NCBI GenBank assembly: GCA_051362555.1
Contig: CM120646.1
Coordinates: 2,976,001-3,040,000 of the forward strand
From: Lingula anatina
Taxonomy: Eukaryota > Animalia > Brachiopoda
Length of the DNA: 64,000 bases
Reading direction: 5' to 3'
Shown here: positions 1-13,483 of the stretch, piece after piece
Position numbering within the stretch: position 1 is the stretch's first letter
Layout: each line of letters opens with the position of its first letter
Program-made: the position numbers and the translations under genes
Notes under the pieces: model-generated
The model's database searches: none
What the model was told of the DNA's origin: nothing
Seen by the model: the letters and a program-made list of their open reading frames with translations, nothing else

Positions 1-46
1 TACACCTGATAGTGAGGAATATTTTTAATAATAATAATAGTAGGCC

Positions 47-85
<39 letters not shown>

Positions 86-155
86 TATTTATTATTTTGA
101 GATTATTGATCATGGATGAAGTCGGTTTTCTCAAGACATCGTATTCATCTTTCAG

Positions 156-3056
156 GTTTTTCATTTATCACAGCCGTCGTTTTCCATCAGAACTCCTGAG
201 CGAGATTTTGTAATCGATCTGGAGTTGAATACGTGAGTAATCCTTTATAAGATATAATATAAACATGTCAAATTCAAATGAAACAGACCCAAAAATGTAA
301 ATATATATGCAAATAATGATAACAATACATGTGAAAATACAAAATTAAAGAAATCGGAATCTCAGCATAAAAATATAACAATAGAAAGAAAATGTCCTTA
401 GCCCAGTTCATTGATTTGATACAGGTTGTGTAACTGAGTATAATGGTGGTATTGTTAAGAATAACCAATATATTCCCGTTTATGCCATAAAGCAACTGAT
501 CTTCTAACATAAGGCCTAATGGTTTGATGAAGCGATTGACAGTTTGATGACGTGATATGATGACTCCAATAGAGTGACGTTTTAATCATAATTTTAACCT
601 AAATCATTTTGTTTTATTTTCAGAGGTCTTCTATCCGATAGATTTATAGAAGTGACCTTTGATAGTGAAGGTCAACGAAGGACAAAGAAGGTGAATTTAA
701 TTTGTCTCATACTCACTGTATATAATTTTTTATTAGTGTCCATGCACTTTTGTTAATCTTCACAGTCATGATTTTAAATGGACCGTCCGCCTTCCGACCA
801 GAAGTTTTACATCAGTTTTGTATCATATAGTAATTACCTCCGACACTGTTCTAAAGATTGGTATATTATTTATTGTTACCAGTTGAGAGATTCCATTACA
901 TCTAGCAGCAAATCGCGATCGTTTACATGTGGTGATTGAAATATGAAAACACTATTACTTTATTAACATAACATTATTATAATGAGTACATGCCATTCCA
1001 GCTTCACCCGGAAAGATGCTACTACCACGGTAAAATTCGGGGGATTGACGAGTCCAATGTGGTCGTCCATACGTGTCGCGGAATAAAGTGAGTAGATGTT
1101 GGTTTAAATCGTATTTTACATCCAAATTTTTAAGAAGACAGTATGAGAACATCATAAAAACGCAATAGTCTTGGTTATTATGTTCATTATTTACTCTATA
1201 TTATTACTTTTTTATTATTCATTCATTCATTCATTCATTCATGCGTCAATTTTTCTCGTAGTGGAATGATCCATGACGGTGATGAAATCCATTATATCGA
1301 GCCCCACATCCATGACGACGTAAGTACATGTAGATTTTCTATACATGGTCGTGTTGAGCAAGACAACTCCTCGTCTTCTCGATTAGTTCACCTACAACAC
1401 TGGTCCAGTGTAACTGGTCTGGATTTGAACTATAAACAGGAGGGAGTTTGCCTCAATACTGTTCAAGGGGCTACTGATCCACGTAGATATAGTACATATC
1501 AATTATAGCTTACCGATTGGACATTTTGCTGGACTCGTGTATATGCTATTACAAACGATTAATACAACCTATCAGATAACGTAGGCGTTATCTGTCCACT
1601 ATATTCTAGTGTTATCTTGTTGTGTATATATCCGCCAACTGTATACTTTCACCAGTATGCACTGGAGTAAAAATTGCAGTTAATATTATGATAATGATAA
1701 TATCTAAAAATACCTAGAAATTGGAAATAGATTGGCGCTGTTTCTACTGATTTATATCTGTCGTCTGCCTGCATTTGACAGAGAGATACGCCCCAGAATC
1801 ACGTGGTCTATAGGAAGTCGGACATCAAGAACCAGCCAAAGGAAATGAAATGCGGTAATTACCAGAAAACCATTCTTATGACAATATTTTTAAGATATTT
1901 GTCTCTTTTTTACAAGCAAATTTGAACAATTTTGGGGTAAAATAACACATTTCTTTCACTGCTTAGTCAATTTACTTTTGGCTCAAGGAGTTAATGGATG
2001 CCCAAATTTACATACATAACATTGTATAATTCACTGTTTATGTCATCTTTGTCTGAATCATCCATATATATCATTCAGGGCACAATTCAACAATAAAAAT
2101 GGACCACACGATATTAAAGGTGCCCACAGAAGCCAAGTCCCGCAAGGTAAACCTGCACTTGAATATGTACTGCGTCTATGGGACACAGATAATTGAACTA
2201 AAATATCTTGCATGGTCTTTAGCAAAGATTTTTGTGAAGTAGATATTGACATGAATTGTTATAGATAAAACAAAATGACAACATAGTAAAGTTTACTTTT
2301 TCTGATAGTATACTGATTTTAAATGAATGCCATGCTCTGTATCCTGCTATTTCTAATCTGTAATACTACACTGTATTTTCCTTTACTGACTGTCGTACTA
2401 ATATCTTTTTAAAATTAATTTCTTCTTCTATATTTTCCACAGAAACGCGCCATCCCCACCTATAACAGTGCTCTGTCCACGCGATATGTAGAGCTCTACA
2501 GTGTGACAGACTACAGGACGGTGAGTATTAGGAGTCGCCAGCCCAGCAGTAGCCAGGGCTGTACACTCAGTATAAATAGTGGGTTGCGAACAGAGCCTAG
2601 ATAGCTTAGCATAAAACTTGCTGACTATAAGTTTTGATGCGTCTTTGCGTTATACCCCCTTTACACTGGACGGCGTCCTTTCTGCGTCCTCTCTGCGACC
2701 ATGAAATTTGACATCGCTGTGGTCTTAATAAGGAGGCACGAGCATTAATTTTGTATCAGAATGAATGCTCAATGATCGGCCAGTTGCCGGCACGTAAAAT
2801 ATTATAATTTTTTTACTCTCAAATGGGGCCGTACTGCTGGACGCAGAAAGGACGCCGTCCAGTGTAAAGGGGGCTTTACTGCTGAAATATGGTTATATTT
2901 GGTTGGTCGTCTGTGACGTAAATGAAAATGTTATAGAATTGGTTTAACTTTGGCAATATACTTACGAACTGGATACACGTAATTGGATATTGTTTGAAAA
3001 CTAGGTAACGACATATAGGTAAAGTAAGGACGGGGACATTCTATATGATATATGTC

Positions 3057-3097
<41 letters not shown>

Positions 3098-4367
3098 TTA
3101 AATATTACTTTCTATTTCAGTACCAACGTTACTCCAGTAATATTACCGCCATCAGGACGAGGGCCGTGCAGCTAGCGAACACAATGGACTCGGTAAGTTC
3201 TAACTTCCAAATACAAGGCTTTTTTCACGACATTTTCAAATTTTCAACTATATAACGCAAAACGCATTATACCCGTACAGTTGCAGATAAGATTAGGCCT
3301 ATATGCAAATATTGGGTCTGGTAGAGAAAAGCGTTCAATTGAGATATAAAGTTTATATTTTTTTACAGATCTATAAAACCATGAACGTCCGGGTCGTCCT
3401 GGTGGCCGTAGAGGTGTGGTCATCCTCGGACAAGGCAACTGTGTCCACTGACGAGGACGCCACGGTGGACGCCTTCTGTCATTACAAAGAGAATAATTTG
3501 CCTATGAAAATATTGGATTACGACAATGCGCAGTTGCTTATGTAAAGAACTTATTTATTCATGAAGATATCATCTTTGCGCCACCTTAATATTCCTCGTC
3601 GTCATTATTTACCGACTTTGCATTAAACTCAAACTCAACTTGACATCAGATGAAAAAATTCAATCTGTCTGTAGCGAACGGTAAGCTTTCCACCAGATAC
3701 ACAATAAAATAATAAGTAATAATTAAACCCTGTACTGCATTTCAGAGGCACTGACTTGACCGGATCAACGGTGGGATACGCACCCCTTAAAAGCATGTGC
3801 AGCACAAAACGCTCCTGTGGAATAACAATGGTATGGAACTGTTAAACTTGAGTATTTCAATAATAATAATAATAATAATAATAATAATTTGCAATCAACA
3901 TAGGCTACATTTATTATGCTAAAAGTGATAATTCTAAAATAGATAGATGGGATATTACAACATTTTTTAACATACGCTCACAAGCACTGCATTAGGATTA
4001 CACTTTTTTGAAGTATTTCGTAGAATCATAAAATTGCCTAAAAGTTGTTCATGCCCAGGAAATAAACGTCCCTGAGGCTTGCACTGTTCTCATTTTTGGC
4101 ACTAAAAATGTCTAGGCACTTCATAGCTTATAAAACTATTCACCCTGTATTAGTCCAGAAATATATGCACTAGCTTTCAGTTGCGCTTATTGATTAATTT
4201 ATTTTGATCATCTTCATTATCACCATTTTAGGATTTCAACAACGTTGAGCAGTCGGCTTACATCATGGCGCACGAAATGGGTCACAATCTCGGCATGACA
4301 CACGACGATGGACGTGAGTAAAGCTGGACACAGATTTCTTATTAAATTAGCATTTATGACTAGTTCA

Positions 4368-4440
<73 letters not shown>

Positions 4441-4595
4441 CCACGGGTGACCAAAATTTTAATTCTCTGAGAATTATTTACTCAAAATAAATAACTCCAG
4501 CAGACGTGCGGAATAGTTAATCATGGGTATCCAGAACAGTTCATGTAAAGAACTTTTATGGCTACAGGTTGTCATTGTTGTGCTAAAAGAGGGAA

Positions 4596-4632
<37 letters not shown>

Positions 4633-7600
4633 TGCAAAGTCGTGTTTTTTCACGAATTTCTTAAAATAAAATTTACTTTTGTTCGAATGTCGCAACGTTA
4701 CTTAATGTATGTTTATACTGAAAGGAAACCATTCGCTTTAAACACTCATGAAATTTGTTTTCCGTCTCAGGAACCTGCTCATCTTGCGCCCACTCCGGAG
4801 GCTGCGTCATGAGCTCTGTTCTGTAAGTATTCTAACACATACACACACACAAACACACACACACAACACACACACACACACACAAAAAAAAAAAAAGAAA
4901 AAAAGGAAAACAAATAGACAGTACATTTTCAGCTTAGGTAAATATTATGAAACATTTTGATTAAGCCATTACACTTAAAATGTTTGTGTTTTAGATAATT
5001 TATATATTCATTATTCCTATACAGACAATCATCTCCGTTAGCCTGGACCCAGTGCAGTGTAGATGACATTAACGCTAACAATTGGAATTGTCTTAACGAC
5101 GCCCCGACAGCGTCCTACGAGAAGAGCTGCGGTAACGGGATTAAAGAAGAGGGAGAGGAATGCGACTGCGGTACAGCAGCGGTGAGGAATTTTACGAGGG
5201 GGATCTAGAAAAATATCTGATAAATTATGATTATTAATCTATCATGTTCGGGAATAATTGTCACCACTTCATGCGGGAATTCTTGGCGAGTCATTTTAAC
5301 CAAAGAGTAATTGAAAATTAATTAGTAACCCTTATTTGATAAAAACATCATAGATGCATTAATCCTTGAAAGTTCATTGAATATGGATAAGTTATCAATT
5401 TAAATTTTTAATTAATTTTTTTCACGTTCTAGGAATGTCCCACTGCTGACCCATGTTGTGAGACCACGGGGTGCAAGTTAAAAAGTACCTCTCAGTGCGG
5501 AGACGGTCCCTGTTGTTCTAACTGTCAGGTAATTGCAATCAAGCGCTTTATACCCCCTTTACACTGGACGGCGTCCTTTCTGCGTCCTTTCTGCGACCAT
5601 CAAATTTGGCATCGCTGTGGTCTAATAAGGAGGCACGAGCATTGATTTTGTATCAGAATGAATGTTCAATGATCGGCCAGTTGTCGGCACGTTAAGTATT
5701 ATAATTTTTTAACTCTCAAATGGGGCCGTACTGCTGGACGCAGAAAGGACGCCGTCCAGTGTAAAGGGGGCTTTACTTTTTCAAAACTTACCACCTGACT
5801 GTGTCGAGGTGTTTGCGATACAAAGTTCTCTTTTTAACACATAGCATATGTGCGACAGGGCGTTTCCAAATTTGATGAAAATGTGAATTACGTAAAACAT
5901 ATTTAAATAATACACTTTGCCAGGGCCGTATATTAATTATCTGCACTTTTCTCCCGGGCGTCATAGCAAAGCACATCACATGAATTAGTCAGAATCATAT
6001 CTGTGAACGGCTGGTGAGAAATCTATGTGTGACCCTTCTTTTTGCTTTCAGTTTAAAGCCAAAGGGACGTCATGTCGGGCTGTGGCAACAGAATGTGATA
6101 TAGCAGAGTCCTGCAATGGAGTCTCCAATCTGGTAATTATGACCACTGGAATAAGAAAAAAATTTAGGTTAATTTTTTTATAAGGGCCTTAATTTATTAT
6201 ATTTTTACCACTGAACAAAACGCAACTATTCAAATAAAGGTAGGGTACAGTCATAACGATATTAAAAGTACGCATACTCATTCTAGTCTTATAGGCCTAT
6301 TATATCTAATAATAATAATAATGGCAATTTCTTTAAATGAAAATTTTGCCCACGTGCCTCACTTCTTTAACATTTTAAAGACGATATCCAATGTTTCTGA
6401 AACAAATGTAATTATATAGATGCATAGAGAATTCGCAGTTTCTTCGCCATTTTAATTGTGTATCTGTTTCATGAAATAAATTATTGAAAAGCAAGTAATA
6501 TATCATATAATATATCATATAATATATCTACTCTCATGTTTCCAGTGTCCTGAGGATAACTACCTGGCTGACGGCACTGACTGTAACTCAACTACCGTGA
6601 GTAGAAATGACAAATGTTGAATCCATTTTGAACTTTTAAATCTTTTTTGAAATCCGTTTTTAAAATTTCATTTTGAAATTTTACAATTTATTCCACTTTG
6701 TAAAACATTTGCTGGACGGTAGGGTGGAGTTCGGCTGCTGGTCAGTAGTCTGACCATGACGCCCTCCCTTCACCCATATTAGGAACATTTTCTTGATGTT
6801 GATTTATCATTTTGGGATTAAATTTTACAGGAAATCCTTTGTCTTCACCCAGTTTGAGTAGGGTCCAAAAGAATTTTTGCGATGAAAATTTAAAACCACA
6901 ATGAGTATTGGTGCAGACATTACTTTTCCTCTTTATACATGTACGTATTTTTTTTCTCTTTGGCAGGGTTATTGTTATGCGGGACAGTGCCGGACACACG
7001 AATCACAGTGCCAGTATCTGTTTGGTTCCAGTAAGTATTTAAACCCCCTTTACACAGGACGACGTCCTTTCTGCGACCATGAAATTTGGCATCGCTGTGG
7101 TCTTAATAAGGAGGCACGAGCATTGAATTTGTATTAGAGTGAATGCTTTATGAGCGGCCAGTTATCGTAACGTAAAGTATTATAACTTTTTAACTCTTAA
7201 ATGGGGCCGTACTGCTGGACGCAGAAAGGACGCCGTCCAGTGTAAAGGGGCCCTTATTTCCACACGGCCCACACTGACCAATGGTCAGTCAGAAAAAACG
7301 TCTTTGCTCACTGTATCTTCAAGTAACAACATTTTAACAAGTCGTATCGCGCCTTATTGTTTTCCGTTTCCATGCGACGTTAAAGGGATAATAACTCTTC
7401 GTTTCGGCCAAAAAATGAATTTTCCTGGGGTAAACAACAATTTTTCCATACTTACCAATGGTTAATGAATCCATTTTTACATTCAAAGTTAGTCCCTGTT
7501 TTTTTTCTAAAAAGTTTGGTTTTTTGTTAAAATCTCTTAAGAGATTTTAACAGAGTATAGCCGTCAATGGAGGTCACGTGGTCTAAAGACAAGCTCAGAT

Positions 7601-10086
7601 ATCAGAATAATAGCTATAACTGCCTTTTTGTGGTAAAACAGAATATATTATATTTCTATGAGTTATTCACAATGTTTTTATTGTGAAATGTAGATTTCAT
7701 ACGAAGAGTTATTATCCCTTTAAGGCGTATTGTTGCATGGTGAATTATTGTCACATTCTAAAAATACTGTCTTGCTCAGGGAGCCAAGGTCTTCGCTCGT
7801 AGACATAACAAATAATATGAATTCCCCATCTTCCAGCTGCGGTGAAGGCTCAAGACGCCTGTTGGGATCTTGTCAACACGGGAGGCGACCAGTACGGTAA
7901 TTGTGGGAAACTTTCCAACGGGACCTACACCGTGTGTGCGACTGCGTAAGTACATGTAGATATGTATTTCTTTTCAACTTTCTTATCCCGTTCATTTTTT
8001 TCACTTATTTTCCATCCTTATGTGGTTTGTAGGTTGAAAAAGGCACCCCAGTTTGCTGATTGGCTTCTCAGAAAGCCAAATTTACTAATTTCATTCCACG
8101 CGCTGTGTGACTATTTCCTGTATCCACTTAATATTTAGGGAGATTATTAAAAAAAAAGAAGAAAATGTTAATTTTCATGATTCGCTTTTCAGTGATATCT
8201 TATGTGGTAAGCTCCAGTGCACCATACCTGGGTCAAGCGGAGCAGTTCTCCCCGTTATTGGGAATAGTAAAACCGGTACCAGTGTCACCACGACGTTTTC
8301 CAACGGAACAACTATCTCTTGCAAGTAAGCAACTAAGGGCGCATTCAGATTCACAAATCGTACCAGCTGGGTCGGTCCAACTTTTTTTTGCTAAAGTGCA
8401 ATCAGTGGAATCAGCTTAATCGGCACGAGATAGCTCATTAACCCCTCGCTGCTCAAGGAAGCGTGTCAGACCATTAAGCTGTTTGCACTAAAGCACTGAA
8501 ATAGTAGTACGAGATTAACGTCTTAGTCCCTTGAAAGAGCTTTTTTACATTGCATTTTGAACAATATGAAAATACATGACAACCAAGCAAATAATGAATA
8601 CTCGGCAATGAATAGAGAGGCCAACCTGGTGTTGAATGTTATATTTTTAGTGGCGGGGACGCAGATTTTGGGGATGACGCCCCCAGCCCAGGGCTCACTG
8701 CTGATGGCACCAAATGCGGAACCCAGAAGGTACGTTCATACAATGACTCAGGCCCGTAGCCAGCAATTTCAAAAGGGGGTTCTTTTTCTGAAAAACTGGA
8801 CCTTTTACCATAAAAACTTCATGTACCTAGATCAAATTTTACCCAGAGTGGACCTTTTCCCGACAAAAAGGGTGGTTCTTTCGAACCCCCCGACCCCCCC
8901 CCCCCCCCCTGGCCACGGGCCTGAATGTAGACTGGGGTGAGAGAGTACTTATATCATGGATGTTCTGTCGACAAGGCTATAATCGATAGAATGAACACAA
9001 ACACAATGCAAACTTTGTGATTTGTCTTCAAATACAGCCTACTTTCTTATCTTTACGTAGAAACCTGCCTCTTGAATAGACACATCTTATTTTTGAGTGT
9101 GTATATTACAATATAGGCCTAAATATTTTACTTGGCATCTCACATTTAAAACTCAGAGCACAATAAAGCAGTTACTACTTTCTTTAAAATAGTTTTTATC
9201 TACCCTACATAGGCCCCTACATCTGTGTTAGAAAGGCCCACCGAACATTCATTATCATTATTCATTTCGTTATATTATATTGTCTCCAATTCTAACGAAG
9301 AGATCTTAATGTTTTCAGATGTGTTTAAGTAACAGGTGCCGTTCATTCTCTGAGATCTCTGTGGGGGTCAGCTGTGGCCAGGTGAACGGACAGACCTGTG
9401 CCGGACGCGGGGTGAGTTGACCAAGGACCTAAGGACCCACATTACTAATAAACTCAAGGCAAAAATTGGTGTTCTTTTCAAAAAACCTACAGTGTATGCT
9501 ACTTGGTAAAAGTGAAGTTCAGTTGGCGGTCCCTAATCAAAGAGCCAACCAAATGCCAAACGTGCCAACGTTGGGCCAACACCATCTTGCCCATTGGGTC
9601 GTACCAAATCACTGTTTTCATAATGCCATTCCATGCCGTACCATACCGGGGAATGCCAAGCATTTTCGAGTAATATGATCACGTGGAAAAACGCGGGGGC
9701 CATCTCTGAGACTGTTTTAACAAACAAATAAAACCCATTGCTAAGGAAACTGTTCAACATTATCCGTGAGATTGTTTTGTAATTGAAGTTACCTTCACAG
9801 CATAATGAATATTTGTATTACATCATCTCACGACTCTCTAATCGCCATTCGTTTTTATTCCAGTATTGTAACCAAGACAACCAGTGCGTGTGTAGAGACA
9901 ATTACGACCCGGGCTCCAACTGTGAAAATACCGTCAACGGTAAGTACTAAAACAAAGATTAAGGGGCAATAAAACGATTGGGATTGATGGTTTGGTAGGC
10001 CTACAAACGTCGGTTGATATGATCTTGTCATAAGAAATATTTGTCAGTCTTAATTTTATTAATTTATGTAGCCTATTTATCCATTA

Positions 10087-10121
<35 letters not shown>

Positions 10122-10852
10122 ATGTTTTTAACAATTATATTATTATATATTTCCAGAAAATGCTCTGCTGACGTGTTACAAGTGTTCAGACGCAGACGCG
10201 TGTGGAGGAACTCCGAACTCGGCCAACAGTACAACAGAATTGTGTACATCTAACGAGCAGATTTGCCAGGTTGGCCTATCAAATAACAGAGTTAGCTAGG
10301 GCTAAATCCTCACAAATCAAAATGCCCGAATACGCAATCATCAAAGCACTTCAAGATTGATAAGATGAATTAGGATAACGAAAAAGAAGTTTCGAATCTT
10401 AGAAAATTAAAAATATACGTACAGTTTAAAGATAAGAATACTAGAAAAACTCTCAGAGAGGGAAGACCTCCGCCAAGACAAAAAATAAGCCTATAGTTGA
10501 CCATTACTTAATCGGCGAAGCAAATGGCACAGATTTGTTCTGTTTATTAATTTTTTGTTCTTGATGGTTGTTGCTGAATAGAAGAAACATGTATGATGAA
10601 AGTACAATTTTACAGGTGGTCCGGCTGGCTAGGACTGGGCAGACGACACATTACACTAGAGGGTGTGTTTACAAGACTTCTTGTACTGAAGAGTGCCAGA
10701 CGACTTCCGGTGATACGAAATGCGTGGATTGCTGCCAGACAAGCCGCTGTAACACGGGTAACGGGGAACCGACCACTGAGAGCTCAGGAATTAAGACCAC
10801 GATTTCAGCGGCCTACACCTTCATCCTGTCTCTATTGGTTTTGTTATTCTGA
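156..10852 (+). CDS. ADAM-family metalloprotease-disintegrin with C-terminal Ly6/uPAR domain and GPI-type signal (5'-partial, 24 exons in window)
   Basis: Phase-consistent GT-AG exons: 156-232, 624-690, 1002-1087, 1262-1319, 1782-1854, 2079-2146, 2443-2520, 3121-3192, 3369-3541, 3746-3830, 4232-4313, 4771-4822, 5025-5181, 5433-5528, 6052-6132, 6546-6596, 6967-7030, 7837-7945, 8193-8324, 8651-8729, 9319-9411, 9864-9939, 10157-10269, 10616-10852 (2259 nt, 752 aa). Motifs in order: prodomain CYYHGKIRG, Cys-switch KCG, furin site RKKR, zinc motif HEMGHNLGMTHD, Met-turn CVM, CGNGIKEEGEECDCG, disintegrin loop CRAVATECD, Cys-rich DILCGKLQC, EGF-like module, Ly6 CYKC...CCQTSRCN, hydrophobic C-terminus. 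Confidence 0.93.
2653..2875. mobile_element. PIF/Harbinger-type MITE, family A copy 1
   Basis: About 35-bp TIR (CCCCCTTTACACTGGACGGCGTCCTTTCTGCGTCC and its reverse complement), TTA on both flanks; near-identical to 5551-5772 and 7042-7253. Confidence 0.85.
3059..3096. repeat. (GA)n microsatellite
   Basis: Pure GA run in an ADAM intron. Confidence 0.9.
4372..4438. repeat. (TA)n microsatellite
   Basis: Pure TA run. Confidence 0.95.
5551..5772. mobile_element. PIF/Harbinger-type MITE, family A copy 2
   Basis: Same TIRs and internal sequence as 2653-2875; TTA TSD at 5548-5550 and 5773-5775. Confidence 0.85.
7042..7253. mobile_element. PIF/Harbinger-type MITE, family A copy 3
   Basis: Slightly more diverged copy of family A with TTA on both flanks. 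Confidence 0.8.
7384..7719. mobile_element. Non-autonomous TTAA-TSD element (Kolobok-like MITE), copy 1
   Basis: TTAA|AGGGATAATAACTCTTCGT ... ACGAAGAGTTATTATCCCT|TTAA; near-identical to 32028-32366. AG..CT termini with a TTAA TSD fit Kolobok. Confidence 0.8.
8749..8923. mobile_element. Small TIR element (CAGGCCCGTAGCCAG-type MITE)
   Basis: CAGGCCCGTAGCCAG ... CTGGCCACGGGCCTG inverted termini with an internal poly-C run; no clear TSD. Confidence 0.6.
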
Positions 10853-10905
10853 AGTGACAACTGCTGGTATAAGTAATGATCCTGCCCCTTGTCTCTGTAT
10901 TGTAA

Positions 10906-11082
10906 GGCCGCATCGAGAACAGTGGACTAACTAGTCCGAGGGTCAAATATGGCCGACCAACTTGAATACTTTCCCAACTGGGAATCTTTTCTATATTAGC
11001 GGAATAGACGGTAGCCTAAGCCTTTTAGTGGGTCGCCATATTTGACCCGCGGACTAGTCAGTCCACTGTTCTGAAAGCAGCC
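10906..11082. mobile_element. Harbinger-type hairpin MITE, family B copy 1 (putative ADAM 3' UTR)
   Basis: Long imperfect inverted arms (AGAACAGTGGACTAACTAGTCCGAGGGTCAAATATGG / CCATATTTGACCCGCGGACTAGTCAGTCCACTGTTCT); homologous to 54893-55067. Confidence 0.75.
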
Positions 11083-11658
11083 TAGGTGGTTTGTGTAAGG
11101 CCTCTAGTGTTTGTGAGGTCAAACGTTTCCTCAAAGCCGAAATTATTCTCCGATCACACACTTTTCTGTTTGATTTATTTAAATAGCAGGTGACATACGT
11201 CTCATAACTTGTCAATATGCGACATTTCATTTACGTGGTCCAGTGTCGTAAAGAACATATTTCTGAAAATTTTAGAAAAAAAATGCCGATAAACACAGAG
11301 ACGTGAAAAAGTTGCAGTAGAAGATGCATAAACAGTACCACTTCAATGCAAGTTGCAGCTCTATTTTTTTTAATGTCAGCTATCGAGATTTATGTGTATT
11401 CCGATGTATGCACCACAATACCGGGCTCAGCTGTGATATTTTTTTTATAAAAAGTACCTTGTGGATTGAATCGCTATTACATTACATTGTATATAATATC
11501 ATCTTTCAGTCTCTAAATGATGTCATCGATGGCATTTGCTGTACTGTTTCTTAATGACCTCAGTCTTCAATATTAGCTGTCTGTGATACGAAAGAAGTCA
11601 TATAGGCCTGTACACTTTTGAGCAGAATCATAGTGATCAGTCATGTATCAGTAATAAG

Positions 11659-11841
11659 CAGTGGCAGACCCAAGGACGCACAATAGCCCTCTGCCACCCC
11701 CACCCCCCATTTTCGAGGTATTACTAATTCTCATTCCAAGAAACATTGTACATTTGCCGAGCAAACGGAGGCAATTTTTTATCCTTGACCGAATGCCCCC
11801 CCCCCCACCCGGCCTTCTGGAAAACCCTGGGTCCGCCAATG
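11659..11841. mobile_element. Small TIR element (CAGTGGC-type MITE)
   Basis: CAGTGGCAGACCCAAGG ... CCCTGGGTCCGCCAATG imperfect TIRs with internal C-runs. Confidence 0.6.
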
Positions 11842-13009
11842 ATTTGTGGACATATACCAGGAAGTGACTAAACGTGTTAGTTTACTTCAAAGCAATAATT
11901 CATTAGAAAAGAACGGAGAAAACATGCAAATTGGGGCCTACATTATCATGTGCTACTTTTCATATTTTTCTGTGATAGAAATGACTTTCTGTGTTGGTTG
12001 TCAAAACGAAATGATTTTATTTGTGTTTACGAATGCATTTTCAAGGGAATATTTGTGTATCCAAACAGAATTCCGTCCTTATTGTAGTTTGTAAATATCG
12101 ACCTTTATTGTACATGTATATATGTCTTGCCGAATTGCTAGCAGTATTAAAATAAAAGGTAATTGAAGTTATATATTTTAAATGAGCACATCAAATGGCA
12201 AAAACTGATCATGAAATAAAGAACTGTATAAACATATCACAGACAGTGTCTTTTATTACTTACTGGTATTTCACAAAACGATAACATGCACAAAGCGCAT
12301 AATAATATTCATACTTAAAAGAAAAGAATGGAGACATGCCCATGGCCGTAAGGACGGTTTTTACAAATATACAAGAACCTGCTACACGAAAAAAAAAGTA
12401 ACATGTGCTACATTGAATTGTTGATAGCAGGTACATCAAAATGAGATTCAGTTCCGAATATTATGCTACAATAACTGTGTCCAAGTCTTCTTTACAACGC
12501 ATGATAAATAAGATATAGCATATATGATATGAGAGAGCGACTAGTCTATGTCAAACGAATTATCAGCATGGGTGGAACCAGAAGACGGCCTCCATCCGCC
12601 CCTGGTCTTTTTCTTTGAGCTAGACGAACACAGTCACACAGATTCGGCGAATAACCAGACGCGAGCGAGTTTACCGGACTCGCAGGACTTTTGAGTTCGG
12701 TCTTAAGTTTTTTTGACACCACCCCCGGTCTCCTTAATTAAACGCGACCTTCATATTCACTTTATGCACACTTGCCCACACAGATATTAGAGTCTGGAAC
12801 CGCGCTTAAGTTTGAGGACTGTGGTTTTCAACCCAATTACTTTTCTTAAAGTGCACTTGATTTGTAAACTGAATCCACACCACGTATGATATCTGGTAGC
12901 GTCTCGGCTGAAAGTCAAACAGACACAGGTCTTTTGTACTCTTGACTAGCATCCAAGTGGAAGGACTGAGAGACAATATAACAGGGTGCTTAACAATTTG
13001 ATACACAGC

Positions 13010-13230
13010 AACTAGAAAAGCACTCCGAGAGCGCAGACCTCCGCCAAGGCAGCTGATTATTAATTATTGATTGATTATTGACTTCTTAGTTAACCCATTT
13101 CCCACCTACCCTGAAAATTTCATCAAAATCGGTCCATAATTTTTTGAGTTATGTTGATGACAAACAAACAGACAGACAGACAGAAAGAGACAAACAGGGG
13201 TGAAAACATAACCTCCTTGGCGGAGGTAAT
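13010..13230 (-). mobile_element. Non-autonomous Helitron/Helentron-like (DINE-1/HINE-type) element
   Basis: Minus strand reads ATTACCTCCGCCAAGGAGGT (sub-TIR/hairpin), a GTCT microsatellite, CTTGGCGGAGGT, a small stem-loop, then CTAGTT. A fragment of the same end lies near 10440-10477. Confidence 0.55.
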
Positions 13231-13483
13231 AAGAGGAGATTTAAAAACATATCCTCATCCCAATACCCGGGTTGACATTACTTTAGCTAATAAAAGTAAT
13301 TCAGTTACCGATTTCGATTGATCCAAGTCGCATATGCTTCACATTATGATACATCTGAATGAACTTTTCGCGTACATGAACTTTTCGCTTTTCAGAAATC
13401 TATAAAAAATATATCTTACTAACCAAAAATAATTTTACCCAACAAACGGTATACAGAACCTTGAAATGAAATGGACTTCACGT

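Noticed and set aside
8557-8940. 127-aa ORF
   Set aside because: A chance frame spanning an ADAM exon out of frame and a poly-C MITE.
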